Source: Basidiobolus meristosporus CBS 931.73
Lineage: Eukaryota; Fungi; Basidiobolomycota
Reading direction: 5' to 3'
NCBI GenBank assembly: GCA_002104905.1
Contig: MCFE01000724.1
Span: 1-42,087 of the forward strand
DNA: 42,087 nucleotides
Positions 22,548 through 34,438 of the stretch are shown piece by piece (within the stretch, counting starts at the first letter, position 1; each line of letters begins with the position of its first letter). A program made the translations under genes and the position numbers. The notes beneath the pieces were generated by a model, which had not been told where the DNA came from, ran no database searches, and worked only from the letters and a program-made list of their open reading frames with translations.

Positions 22548-25500
22548 CAAGCTGTTCAACATATGGACACCAATATAATTTAGACAAACCATGAAGACCA
22601 CCAAAAGGATGACAAAACTACTGAATATAAGACCTTTACTCAGTTGCAACTGCTGTAGTGAAAGGGTATATATATGATGACCCTGTTGACTGCCATATTG
22701 GCAGTGGCTCAGAGATTTGTGTTATGCCGCTAGATTTCTGGAAGACACTTAGAAGCAAGGAGCTACTGCCTGTTGATAGAGATATTGGATGAAACATGAC
22801 TGATGCAAGCTCAGGATCTAGTCCACTCTATGGTGTAGTGAACAAGTTCCCTATTGAGGTACAAGGAACCAAGGTCAGGCTTCCCCTCTTCATCAGCCAG
22901 AAGACAAACTTTGACCTTATGCTAGGTAGACCATGGGAAACCAGTACCAAGGCTACAACTACCAACTATTCTGACAGTTCAGTATGGTACACCATACAAG
23001 AATCCAACCCAGGACTACAGTCAACCTTCTGTGGTGTAACACCAAACAATAAGAGGACACATACTGCTTGCCCAAAGACATTCCTTGTTATAGAAGAAGA
23101 TGAGGTGCCTGACAATATACACCCCAACATTTGGAGCTGCTCATTAGGTATACAGGAGCAGACAGCTATGGTTTGAACAAAATACAAGACAGTAGAACAG
23201 AAGATTAGACCATCACTTACCCCTTTGACTGATGGATTTTGACCTGCTGATTACATTAGACCACCAGAAGAAACACCAGAAGATATACAACTTACACCTG
23301 AGAGACTTAAGCAACTTATCATTGGTGATGGAGACCTAACACCAGAGGAGATACTATTATTTAAAGAGACCTTGAAAAGGCATGATAAGGTCTTGTCATA
23401 TAATGACAAGGAGATGGGACTCTTAAAGACATTGGTTGAAAAACCTATCAAGATTCATACAGTGCCCACACACCCTGGTTATTTAAGCCTTACCCACTGC
23501 CCAGAGGACTCCAAGCTGATGTGCATGACCTACTTAAGAAGCAGATAGAAGCTGGTATCCTTGAACCTTGCCATGGACCTTATGCTAACAGATGGTTTGT
23601 GACCAAAAAGAAGAATGGAAAGCTCCAATTCATTCAAGACATGCAACCTGCAAATGCCGTCACTATCAGAGAAGCTGCTATACCTCCATCTATTGATGAC
23701 TTTGCAGAAAGCTTTAGTGGCCACTCCATCTACTCAAGATACAATCTCTACTCAGGATATGACCAGATCCCCCTTGATGAGACATCAAGAGATATGTTTG
23801 CACTCCAGACACCATTTGGACTGTTAAGGATGACAAGACTCAGCAAAGGGGCTACAAACTCCTTGGCTCAGTTCTAGAGATGCAGGGTGAATGTGCTGTA
23901 CCAGTTTATACCTGAGAAACTTGCTGTCTTTGTTGATGACATAGGCATCAAAGTGTTGTAAAAATTTGTAATTCCACCTAAATATTCACCTAACTTAGTC
24001 ACTTAGATCATTACCCTCAAATCCTAGAGAATACTGACCAAATTCCTTGTTGGGATTTACTTAGAATATTTTCACCCAAATATCAGGTACCCAGAACATG
24101 AAAATTCTCAAAGTTGTCCAAACTGCCCCAATCTTTGCACACATGTTCTTGGGACCTTCCTTAACCTATTCTGCGTGTTTGTAATGCCAAGACCAGGTAA
24201 AAGTATAAACACTACTTTTACATTCAATAAATCATTAAGTGAAAACCACATAATCTACTTGTTCTCCCAATCACTTCCAATATCTTCAAGACTCTTACAA
24301 CACAAAGGACCAAAAACCTGAGACACCACTGAAGTTATGCCTGGAGTAAGAAAGTTTGTCTATGATCATATTTCAGACAATGATGCCATATTAGGAGCCA
24401 TTGAAGAAGCTGGACTCACCGTCAGTGGTGAGAAAAGCAGCTTTGGTGTATCAGTGATATCCATTGTTGGACAAAAATGCAACACCTTTGGTTGTTCACC
24501 TGGAGACTCCAAGACACAAAAGATACGCAACTGGCCTACCCCCACAAATCTCACACAAGCTTGTGGCATTGTGGCAGCTTGTGGGTTCTTTAGGATCTGG
24601 ATCCCAAGATTTTCTGATATAGCAGAACCAATCTACCGGCTACAGAGAAAGAATACCCCATTTATTTGGGGAGAAGGGCAAGAAGAAGCCATGCAATTAC
24701 TGAAAGAGGCTTAAGTATCTCCACCAGTACTAAGACCTCTTGACTATTAGAACACTGAATGCCCTCCTATTTGACAGTGGATGCAAGCCCTATAGGAGCT
24801 GGAGCAATACTTGGACAAGATGATGAGGATGGCAACCGCTATGCCTGCAGATATGAGAGCTGCCTATTCTCACCTAGAGAACAAAGATACTTACAAATTA
24901 AGAGAGAGCTACTAGGAGTTGTGAAGATGATGAGGAAGCTGAAGTCACAACTCTACATCACACATTTCATTCTGGAGACAGATGCCAAGCCACTTATAGG
25001 AATGATCAACAAGCCTGACCTACCTGATGATGCCACAAACCAATGGATGGCATGGCTGAAAATGTTTGACTTTGAGGTCAGACTTATCCCTGGCAAGACA
25101 AATGTTGTGGCTGATGCACTCTCCAGGAGGGGACCACAATTATTTGAAGACTGGGACCCTCACTTTGATGACATTATTGATGCAGAGATCCAACAGATTG
25201 CCATCAAAGACCAAGAGAGAACTACCTGGAGTCTGATCAAGGAATATCTAAGGACACTTAAGAAACCTAGTTGGATGGAAATTCAAGAGTTTAGAAAACT
25301 CAGGAAGAAGGCACACCACTACTATCTCAAAGATGATCTTCTCTTCAAGCAAGTGAAGCCTGGACTTATTCCAAGAAGAGTAGTCACTACCCCACAAGAG
25401 CAACTGAACATCATGACAACATTGTGGCCACAGCAATTGCATCTTGCACTCTGGGCAGATAGAATTACTACCAAGAGAACAACTGGATTATTGCCATTCA

Positions 25501-25970
25501 AACTACTCTATGGACATGGCTGCATACTACCAGTTGAGTTATACACAGTCACTTGGAACTCATTGAATTGGAGATCCAATATGCAGACTGAAGACCTCCT
25601 TGTCACTTGCATACAGCAACTTGATCACCATGACTTGAATATCAGCAGACCTACTGAACAACTTAAGGATACACAACTGAAGAACAAGGTGCCCTTTGAC
25701 AAATCACACCCAACAAGACCAAAACCACTATCACTAGGAGACCCAGTATTACTCTATGATTCCACCTTGGACAAACAATGGAGTTGGAAGTTTGAAAACA
25801 AATGGACTGGCCCCTACCTCATTTCCAAAGTGATTTGAAATGGAAGTTATTACATATCCAAGCTTGACAACACCCAGTTGAGAGCACCAGTTGCAGGAAA
25901 CCAACTTTAGTTATTCAAGTATAGAAATTTTGCACGTCAAGATTAGTTTACGTTGACCCAAGCTTGAAGC
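22548..25970 (+). pseudogene. G2 pol (PR, RT, RH, internally deleted IN), interrupted by a copia solo LTR
   Basis: PR HIGSGSEIC...FDLMLGRPW; RT NRWFVTKKKNGKLQFIQDMQP, LYSGYDQ, FVDDIGIKGPK; RH TVDASPIGAGAILGQ, RELLGV; IN C-terminus KWTGPY. IN HHCC and DDE core are absent. Confidence 0.9.
23954..24302 (+). mobile_element. Copia solo LTR (349 bp) with CAAAG TSD, inside G2 RT
   Basis: Same family as 182-529. Perfect 5-bp CAAAG at 23949-23953 and 24303-24307; removal restores VDDIGIKGPKT. Confidence 0.95.
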
Positions 25971-25985
25971 TGAGAGGGGGGTGGA

Positions 25986-26657
25986 TGTAGTGGGGTGACA
26001 GTGACACCCACTGACAGATGTGCTCATTCCCCTATTTTTGACTTCCCTTTATCTCTACTACACTTATTTTAGTTTTGTCCCATTTGTCTTACCTGATCAG
26101 TACTATCCCATAAGCCAGTTGACCATCACACCTGCTTACCTTATTGCATAAGTTACCCCTCACTTTATGTAAGATTACTAGCTATAAGTACCTCTATATT
26201 AAGCAAGTACCCGTGCCAGTACGTGTGACACATGATCAACCCGTGTCACCATCCCTACCATTTCCATATTATATCTGGTATCCCTATGTTACACAGGTTT
26301 CAGAATACTGACTTTTGATTGGTTGGATGTGCTGTGCCTCTTAGAACCTTCCAGCACCTACTTAGAACATACTTAGGTCATTCTGATGTCATTAAGATTT
26401 CCATTGATATCCAGAACCTTCTGGAACGCCATGATTAGTGATCACTTAGCCAGTAAGAAAAGTATATAAGGGAGGCTATCCCTCAACAATAAATCATCAT
26501 CCCTTTTATCAATATTCCAACTTGTTGATTAGTGTGATCACTGCTACCTGCTGCCACTTGAACATCCAACCCTAGATCACAGGTCACTCCCAGGAAACTG
26601 CGCTGACAGCCAACTGACCTTGGAGGCACTACTTGTGAGGAATACTCAGAGTAGGTA
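25986..26657 (+). repeat. G2 3' LTR, truncated
   Basis: Follows the PPT; matches 20078-20749, then switches to foldback-element sequence. Confidence 0.92.
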
Positions 26658-26800
26658 AACACAGGGGCTGCTTTGCATGAATATGAAGAACTCTATGCCA
26701 CACTCTGTGGCCAAGTTTAGGTCTGCTATGACTCTCAGGCACACTATGGCACTATTTGGCACTCATGGCTCAATGTGGCACTATCCAACGGAACAAGTCT
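26651..26800. mobile_element. Remnant terminal arm of a PHIS foldback MITE
   Basis: Matches about 29670-29820; ends ccaacggaacaagtct|aat. Confidence 0.88.
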
Positions 26801-26924
26801 AATGTCACCACAATTTTGATGGCAGATTTGACAATATCAGATAAAGTTTGCTTACTTAAGTTATCTTAGGACATGGGGAATTAGTGTTATGAATCTTAAA
26901 AAGATACCATCTAGTAGCAGTCCA

Positions 26925-28440
26925 GTCTAGCAGGTAGCAGCTCATAGGTCTTGTTGTTCTTCTGGATCTGAGTAGCTTGGGTTCTCCAGACAATTGATGG
27001 ATTACAACCAAATAACCTGGTTTTCCCAAGTGTATGGTCAAACTTGCAATTCCCAGATGTATTGGCCTACAGGTCTTCTTCATAGTCATTGATCTTTCAT
27101 CTTACTGGCTGAGTGATAAAGTTGATTTTGCATGAGTTCCCATCAGCAGCTGAGACTGAAGTTGAATTAGTGGGTTCTGAGTTGATCCCAGCTTTTGAGG
27201 TAAATTGCTCTGACATGTACACAGGTGATAGTCCAGAGTCAATTATCCCTATGAAAGTCTCAAACTTAGAATTCATCTTATTTTTAGCTGGTATTCTGAT
27301 GGTATTTTGCTGGTATTCAGCTGGCATATTGGGTTCAAAATTTCAAATGCAGTTTTTGATGGAAGTAATGAGCAGCTAATTACTAAATTTGGTATGGATG
27401 CTAGTTTACCTAGTCTCCTCCTGGACAACTTGTTTACCTGCCTGCCCATCAGCTTAGAACAGAGATTTTGAGAGTTGTCAATTTTGAGAAACTTGGAATA
27501 CAGCTGATACTTTAATGATACTTTGCTGGCCTTTTGCCAATTTTTTTTCTTAGGGTATAATCTTGGCAGGTACTCTGTTAATTGTTCCATTGAAGTCTAA
27601 TAGCTTCCCTGAGTCTGAGGTAATTTGGGACAAGTATTCTTCAGTCATAAGGAAAGCAAGTTGTGTGTCTTCCTCAAGTTCATCTTCCATGTTTCTATGC
27701 TTAAGGGCTTCAATGTGGCTGAAGGTTCTTGATGAGTGGGAACCATTTCTTCTCAGCAGGCAATACTCTGCAAAATGTCATTGCTGGTGGCAGTTAAAGC
27801 AAAGTCCTTTCTTCTTACATTCTTTTGAGGTGGGATTCTTCTGCACAGTGTCTATTCTCATAGGCACTGCTTCTGATGATCTCCTTTAATAGTGTTGTAC
27901 CCTCTCTGATTAGTCATTGTGGGCTTCCCAACTCTAAAAAAAGCTGAGTCATAGTCAATGACAATCTTCATGGCTTCTTCAATAGTCTGAAGTCTCTGAC
28001 ATTTCACTTCCTTGCAAGTTCTATCTTTCAGCCAATCAATAAAGTATTCAGCTTGCATCAGGAGGACCATTCCTGCCATTTATCCAAGTAGACATCTATA
28101 CAAATAGAAGTCCTCTTGTACCATTCCATTTGGACTGAGTGTCTTTGGCTTCCTTATTAGCAGTGTCTGCTGGTGGGGTGGTTCAAAGGCATCTTGAATT
28201 TCCAAAAAAAACTCATCCCAAGTAGAGAAAGTAGAGCATCTCATTTTGTGGCTGACCTGATCTTGTTGTGATACCATTATAAAGCTGCATTGGCCAGGTA
28301 AGTGACTGTGTAAAAGAACATGCTCTCTGGGGAGTTCCCTTAGCCTTAAAAGCTTCTTCAATCTAAACAAGCCAAGCTCCCAGACTATCATTGAATCTAC
28401 CAGGTACTGGTTGTCCTTCACACTAAAGTTGCTCTTGGTT
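26925..28440 (-). mobile_element. Gypsy G1-family copy 3: gag, zinc knuckle, protease; no LTR seen
   Basis: Collinear with about 40350-41550; WDEFFLEIQDAFEPPHQQTLL, PMRID, IDSG motifs. Interrupted by a MITE. Confidence 0.88.
27247..27555. mobile_element. MITE, CCCTA family, copy 2 (309 bp), TAT TSD, inside G1 protease
   Basis: CCCTATGAAA...TTTCTTAGGG TIR; TAT at 27244-27246 and 27556-27558; removal restores sequence matching 40660-40680. Subterminal (ct)ggtatt repeats. Confidence 0.88.
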
Positions 28441-29086
28441 TTGGGATTTATAAGAGTTAAAATCAGATTTTTGATCTAAACTTTCATAAGGTTCAGACTC
28501 AAACTTTTAATTTTAATTGTTAGAGTTATTGGATTCTAACTTTTGGCTTGGAATATCATATGACTCTCTGTATCCAGTGCTGTAAAGGTTCTCTATGCTT
28601 TCAGCTGGCAGACTAGTAATTAATTGCTATTTTAAAGTACCTATCATGGTCTGCATTGGGGATACTACAGCCTTCTCCATAATAACCAGCTTTACAATAA
28701 GCAGCTTATTCTACTAGGCAACTTGACCTGAGTATACAAGCTATCTTGTGGGTGCAAGCCAGCTTTTACACTTTTGTATATAAGGTTTACACAACAAAAC
28801 TACTACACACCTAAGAGGCACTAGAACTAAGCAAAAAGAATGAATATACTAAATAAATATCAAGATTATTCTCCTGATAAACATGAGATATTCACAGCAA
28901 AAGTGATTGCAATCAAATAGATGCTGGCAGAGTATGCATTTTGCCATCAATACAAGTCAAATGTCCAATTTGTTTATATCATACCAAAGTAGTAATGCTG
29001 AGGTAATGGAAGTGTGCCAGATGCTGTAGGTGTAGACATATGAGCAGGTTAGTAAGCAGGAGTCAATTGCATTTTATTTAAACTAT

Positions 29087-29820
29087 AGACTTGTTCCGTT
29101 GGATAGTGCCACATTGAGCCATGAGTGCCAAATAGTGCCATAGTGTGCCTGAGAGTCATAGCAGACCTAAACTTGGCCACAGAGTGTGGCATATAGTTCT
29201 TCATATTCATGCAAAGCAGCTCCTATGTTTCACCTACAGTGCAGGAGAAAATCAATTTTTTAACCTTTTTTTTGGGATCAAATTTGTTCATGACATAAAA
29301 GAGCAAAGACAGACTGAAGATATGCATCTGGTACACAATACCCATGGCACTCTAAATCTAGCCCCACAGGCTTGTAGCATGTCACAAAAATGCATGGCAC
29401 TATCTTGGTCCACTGGTACTATCTGGCACTATATTTAAATATTAGCCCTGAAGTAGAACCTATACAAAGCACTTATAGTGCCAGATAGTACCAGTGGACC
29501 AAGATAGTGCCATGCATTTTTGTGACATGCTACAAGCCTGTGGGGCTAGATTTAGAGTGCCATGGGTATTATGTACCAGATGCATATCTTCAGTCTGTCT
29601 GTGCTCTTTTACGTCATGCACAAATTTGATCCCAAAAAAAAGGTTAAAAAATTGATTTTCTCCCACACAGTAGGTGAAACGCAGGGGCTGCTTTGCATAA
29701 ATATACAGAACTATATGTCACACTCTGTGGCCAAGTTTAGGTCTGCTATGACTCTCAGGCACACTATGGCACTATTTGGCACTCATGGCTCAATATGGCA
29801 CTATCCAACAGAACAAGTCT
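29087..29820. mobile_element. PHIS-family foldback MITE: two 347-bp inverted arms and a 40-bp spacer, TAT TSD
   Basis: 29087-29433 is the reverse complement of 29474-29820 (about 16 mismatches). Both ends are the left-type terminus AGACTTGTTCYGTTGGATAGTGCCA of copy A. TAT at 29084-29086 and 29821-29823. Confidence 0.93.
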
Positions 29821-30808
29821 TATATATAGAATATCCATGATAACAGTGGGTAAGCAAATAAATTTGCTTGATGCTATGATGGAATATATAAACAGCACAA
29901 AGGGAGGTAGGAATGAAGTACATTGGGATAGGTTGTTCAAGTAGCACTATACAGAATCAGTGGTAGACCCTTGTGCTGCCATGAAAACACCAACAAAGGT
30001 ATGTTGTAGTGGTGTAGAAGTATTCTGAGGAGATGCTACAAGTGCCAAGGTACAAGAGGTGGTTGACTGATACAATAATCTCTGGATGTAAGCTGCTGCT
30101 GTGTCTATCAGTATGTCACCTTGATAAGACTACTGCTGTTCTCCTTTCCAAGGAGCTCTAAGTGTCTCTGAAGGCCTCTATGTGTCTTGTACATTACCTT
30201 GAAAAGCTCTTCAATAGCAATTGGGAAGTATTACTGTTGTAGGGTTAGCACAGTAATTAAATGCTGATCAACAAGAGGAATGTGCTACAATAGAAGGGAT
30301 GATATATTGCTGATAAATGACTTCTTTATGTACCTTTCTTAACTGCCAAGCAATTATAAATGATACTGTTCTACCAGATTACAGGTTTCAGTAGAGCTTG
30401 GATGATATCTTATGGAGCTAAAATATGCTAGGAAGTCCTAGAATATTTTATGAGATACAGAATATTCAGTGATTCATCAATTAGTAGCTGAAACCTCTGC
30501 ACCATAGAGATATTAGACTTGTTCCATTGTACTGTGCCAGGGTGTGTGGAGCAATCCGCAGTCTCTAAGAACAATTGTGCGCAATTTTGTAGCTACTAGT
30601 AGGCAGGATTGCTCTTGGACAATTTCACACCATGTGGGACAATCTTGCACACAATGGCACAATCTGACACAATGAGGTTGACACAAATGATTGTACCAAC
30701 TTGTAATGTTTGCATCACATGCGCAACTTGATACCGCTATTTTGGTAGGTAAAGTCCAGTATTTGGATATGTTTCTTTAATTTAAGTGAATTAAATGCCT
30801 ATCTCACT

Positions 30809-30969
30809 AGACTTGCTCCACTGTGCCATTGATTATAGTGCCAGAAAGTACTGTATGTTTTGTTATTAATTTGATATTTTAGGGTCATATGCATGTCAAT
30901 TTTGATCACAAATTGGCATGCTATGGCACTATTGGGCACTATGATCAGCTGGAATGATACTACAAGTCT
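30809..30969. mobile_element. 161-bp mini-MITE of the same PHIS family inside copy C, ACT TSD
   Basis: AGACTTG...CAAGTCT ends, TAGTGCC/GGCACTA repeats; ACT at 30806-30808 and 30970-30972. The empty site is visible in copy A (about 14695-14715). Confidence 0.9.
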
Positions 30970-31712
30970 ACTATAAACTACACTGATACTCAAAGGTTTG
31001 TTACAATCACTCAAATTGAATGATACCTCAGTGGTTAATTGGTCCAAAAGTATCCTGAAGCTGTCAGCCCCCAATTGGCACTGTGACCAATACACAAGCT
31101 ACCTGATGTGCCACAAAATATCCCATTATGCCCATTAGGCAAGTAAATCCCTGATCCTAGTGATTGGGCAAGGTGTCAAAGCTAGCATGCAACCAATTGT
31201 ATATGTGCAAATCAGATCAAATGGCTGCACTGGTGCCACAGATGATGTAAACATATGCAGGGTGTTTACTTATAGGGGTCCTGTCTTCAATGTGAGCTGA
31301 CCTTGACATTGCCTATATCAAAAATTTAGTACTCACTGATTTGCAATGGCTTGATGTGGATTGCAAAAAAAATGCGTTGTGTGGATTAATACAAATAATA
31401 GCAATTCAATGTGATTTCATCATCTTCTCCTAGGTTTTTTCTCACAGGGATTGCTACTGAAGCATTTGGTAGTGATTCACTTTGCACATCTAAACACTTT
31501 CTTGTTGACTATCCTCTTGGCTACTTGTAGATTTGTAGTTAGTATGCTGCAGCTTGGCCATGCTGAAATGCACCAGATGATGCAACTGAGCTGGCATGCA
31601 GTGCTATGCACTGACGCGTTATTTTACTTGCCAAAGGCTCTGGTGGTGGAGGCACTTCATGTGGGTCATCATCAGTCAGTTCAGCAGAAGCAACTTGCTG
31701 ATGGTCAGGTGT

Positions 31713-32107
31713 TGTTATGAATAGACACAAGGCAGGAGGGTAGAGCTAGGCAAGGCAGGACCAGGAAAGGACTTAAGTGTGGATCAGCAAGTCAAGACAT
31801 GTTTCCAAGGCAAGGCTATTTATTCATGACCTACAATTTTCAGACTGAGGAACACATAAGGGGGGATAGGCCTTTAAATACTTTTTGGCAATATGGATGC
31901 CAAGAGATATTTGCTAATATTGATGGGGTTCTTGAGTGATCCACAGTAAGTGTGCCAAGATAGAATATACTAAATAACAGACTGGAATATCACATGGAGT
32001 TATGTCACAGGTCAGCTGATCATGTAACTGGGTCATGTGGCATGAAGTTACCATATATGGTATGGGATATATAAATTCTAATGGGAAGCTTCCATAGAAT
32101 GTTGCAT
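31713..32107 (-). repeat. LTR-like insert of a fourth family (solo or truncated)
   Basis: Not present in A or D. Begins tgttatgaatag on +. On the - strand it has a TATA-like gtatttaaagg, an aataaa signal and gtca(t)gtg-type repeats. Possible GGTGT duplication; right boundary uncertain. Confidence 0.5.
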
Positions 32108-32253
32108 GGTGTATCATTGACTTGGAGCTTTCAAGAAGTTGCTAGAAAGTAGTAGAACCCAATGGACTTGTGTCTTTTTAGCAGTTTTGCAAGTTCAGGT
32201 GGTTTTTGCTCTGAAGCAAGCACGTTGATCCAATACACATTGTGTGAATGCGG

Positions 32254-33333
32254 TGTAGTGGGGTCACAGTGACACCCACAGGCAGATGTGCTCATTCCCA
32301 TATGTTCACTTCCCTATTAAGGATTACCCCCCCTATTATTAGTATCATCCCAAATTGCAAAATTTTCCATCTGTCTATGTGATTATTACAATGTGACCTG
32401 GCAAACTATTTGTCACTATTAACCCATTGCATAAGCTATTTCTATTCCATGCCAAGATGCAAATATAAGGTAGTTACCATATAAGGCAAGTACCCCCAAT
32501 TGTGCCTACGTCATATGACCATCCTGGCTTCATAACCCACCTATCCTACTACCATATGAGGTAACTACATGACACAGAAGTTTCATATTACCACTATTTG
32601 ATTGGCTAGATACTACTATGTCTCATGGAACAATATGCCAAGAATTCAAGCTATTTTTAGTACACAATGACATGATTGGCTGTCTACTACTTTCCGGAAA
32701 CCTCTGGAAAGTATTTCCTAGCAAGAATTTGAGCTGCAGAAAAGTATATAAGGGAGGCTATCCCTTAAAAATAAAACATCCCTCTTCCAATATTCTGACT
32801 TATTGATTAGTGGGATCACTGCTGCCTATTACCACTACTTTCTGACTCAGACCTGACAATACTTCCAGGAAACCGTGCTGACAGCCAACTGACCTTGGAG
32901 GCACTACTTGTGAGGAATACTCAGAGTAGGTATCTTTTATTATATTTGGTTGTTTTCCCAAGTGTGTTATTCTATAGGCAAAGATACTCTTCTGTCTTTG
33001 TAACTATTGACCACAGCTGCATTCTTATCAAGTCCCTGTTGGTGGAGCTCAGAGCTGTTTTGACTTTGGAATCTTTAGTACACTGTCATCTCAAAGGATG
33101 TTGAAGCCATTATAAACTTTTTTTAAGTCATCAACTAAGTTGGGGATTGTAGCTCAATAGTTTTCCCTTGACAAGCTTGAGGCTTTATTCCCCTTTGCAT
33201 TAGATTAGTCAAAAGACCCAGTATTCCTAGCAAGCTTTTGCCAGAGGTTATTGCACCCAGTGAACACCCCACATACATTCACACTTGAGAAGAGATGACT
33301 GAATTTTGCCCTTTGGACTTATACACCACCACA
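32254..33333 (+). mobile_element. G2 solo LTR (1080 bp) inside copy C ORF2
   Basis: tgtagtgggg...caccaccaca; flanks GCGG / GTAG; the matching site in copy A reads GCGG once. Confidence 0.92.
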
Positions 33334-34438
33334 GTAGGGTACTCTTGTGAGGAGTGTTGGTGTAGTTTGGACTGATGTGCACTGGCACGCTGAAGTTGCA
33401 AGGGATGGTAAGGAATCCTGCTAGGCATGCTGGTGCAATCCAGACAATGTTGCTTGCGGTCTGTATTTTTCCTCTTGAAGCTTACCTTTGGACACCTCAA
33501 GGTACTCACTTACCCTCTGTCTGATACTTTGGAACGGTTACCTGGATGAGTCCTGTGTATATTGCTCTTAGAAGCCACTTTGCTCTACTAATACATCACA
33601 TAATACAATAGTCCTTTGAGGCAAAAGCTCAGTAAAAATCTCTTTGGTTCCCAAAGTCAAGGCACAAACAGACATGCCAGGCCCGTACTGGGCAAACTGC
33701 AAGCAAAATTGTTCCCGCATGGCTTCCTCATCAAATCCCCTCACTCTCTGCTCATTCTTGATTTCAATACTTGTCTTGTTATATATCTTCTTACATACAT
33801 CCACTGGCATCTTGATGTAGAACTCATGCCACAGCTTTTTATGCAGGTTCTTCCATCTCTGTCAGCTCTCCAAGGTATCTAGTTCAGCTAGATTAATGAG
33901 TAGTGCTCAAATATCTGTATGAAGGCTCATCATAGATACTTGGGCCATACTGAAATCATTTGGCAAGAACTCAAACAGATCCATCATCAACCTTTCTAGT
34001 CTGGACCGTGCTTGTGAGCTGGGGGATGGATTTTGTCTGGGTTAAACTAAAGATGAGTTGAGACTTGGTATAGGGACCATAGTAATGGATTTGGATGCTT
34101 ACACAGTATAGTATTGGCCTTAACCTGGTCTTATATCAAATATATATGAAAACTAATGTTATTGTTGAGTTTTCCATATATTATGCATGAGGCATCTCAG
34201 GTTACATTGACATTATCAGATCACATCAACTGAGGATTTCTTATTTGATTATAGACTTGTGAGTACAGCATCAATAAAAATACCCAGTCATTGTTTGAAG
34301 ATGATTTTTGCAACATAATGATGGGATACAAGGCAATTGATGGAGATCTTATCGATATGCATGGAAAAGCAGATAGGTAAAGCTGATTGTGCTAAATCAA
34401 TTCAATTCACCTCAGCCCAATCATTTACCAATTTTAAT

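Larger units (their letters stand above)
20078..26657 (+). mobile_element. Gypsy G2 near-complete element, 3' LTR truncated
   Basis: 5' LTR 20078-21147, PBS, gag, PR-RT-RH-partial IN, PPT gagaggggggtgga (25972-25985), 3' LTR 25986-26657. About 30 differences over the 672 bp shared by the two LTRs (by eye). Confidence 0.93.
31420..34080 (-). pseudogene. Copy C ORF2, broken by two LTR inserts and stops
   Basis: Fragments MPVDVCKKIYNKTSIEIKNEQRVRGFDEEA (33568-33810) and TPDHQQVASAELTDDD (31539-31730) match ORF2 of copy A. Confidence 0.85.

Noticed and set aside
11086-33104. Similar small ORFs at 11086, 20478, 20574, 32618 and 32895
   Set aside because: All are within G2 LTR copies and frames are not preserved between copies.
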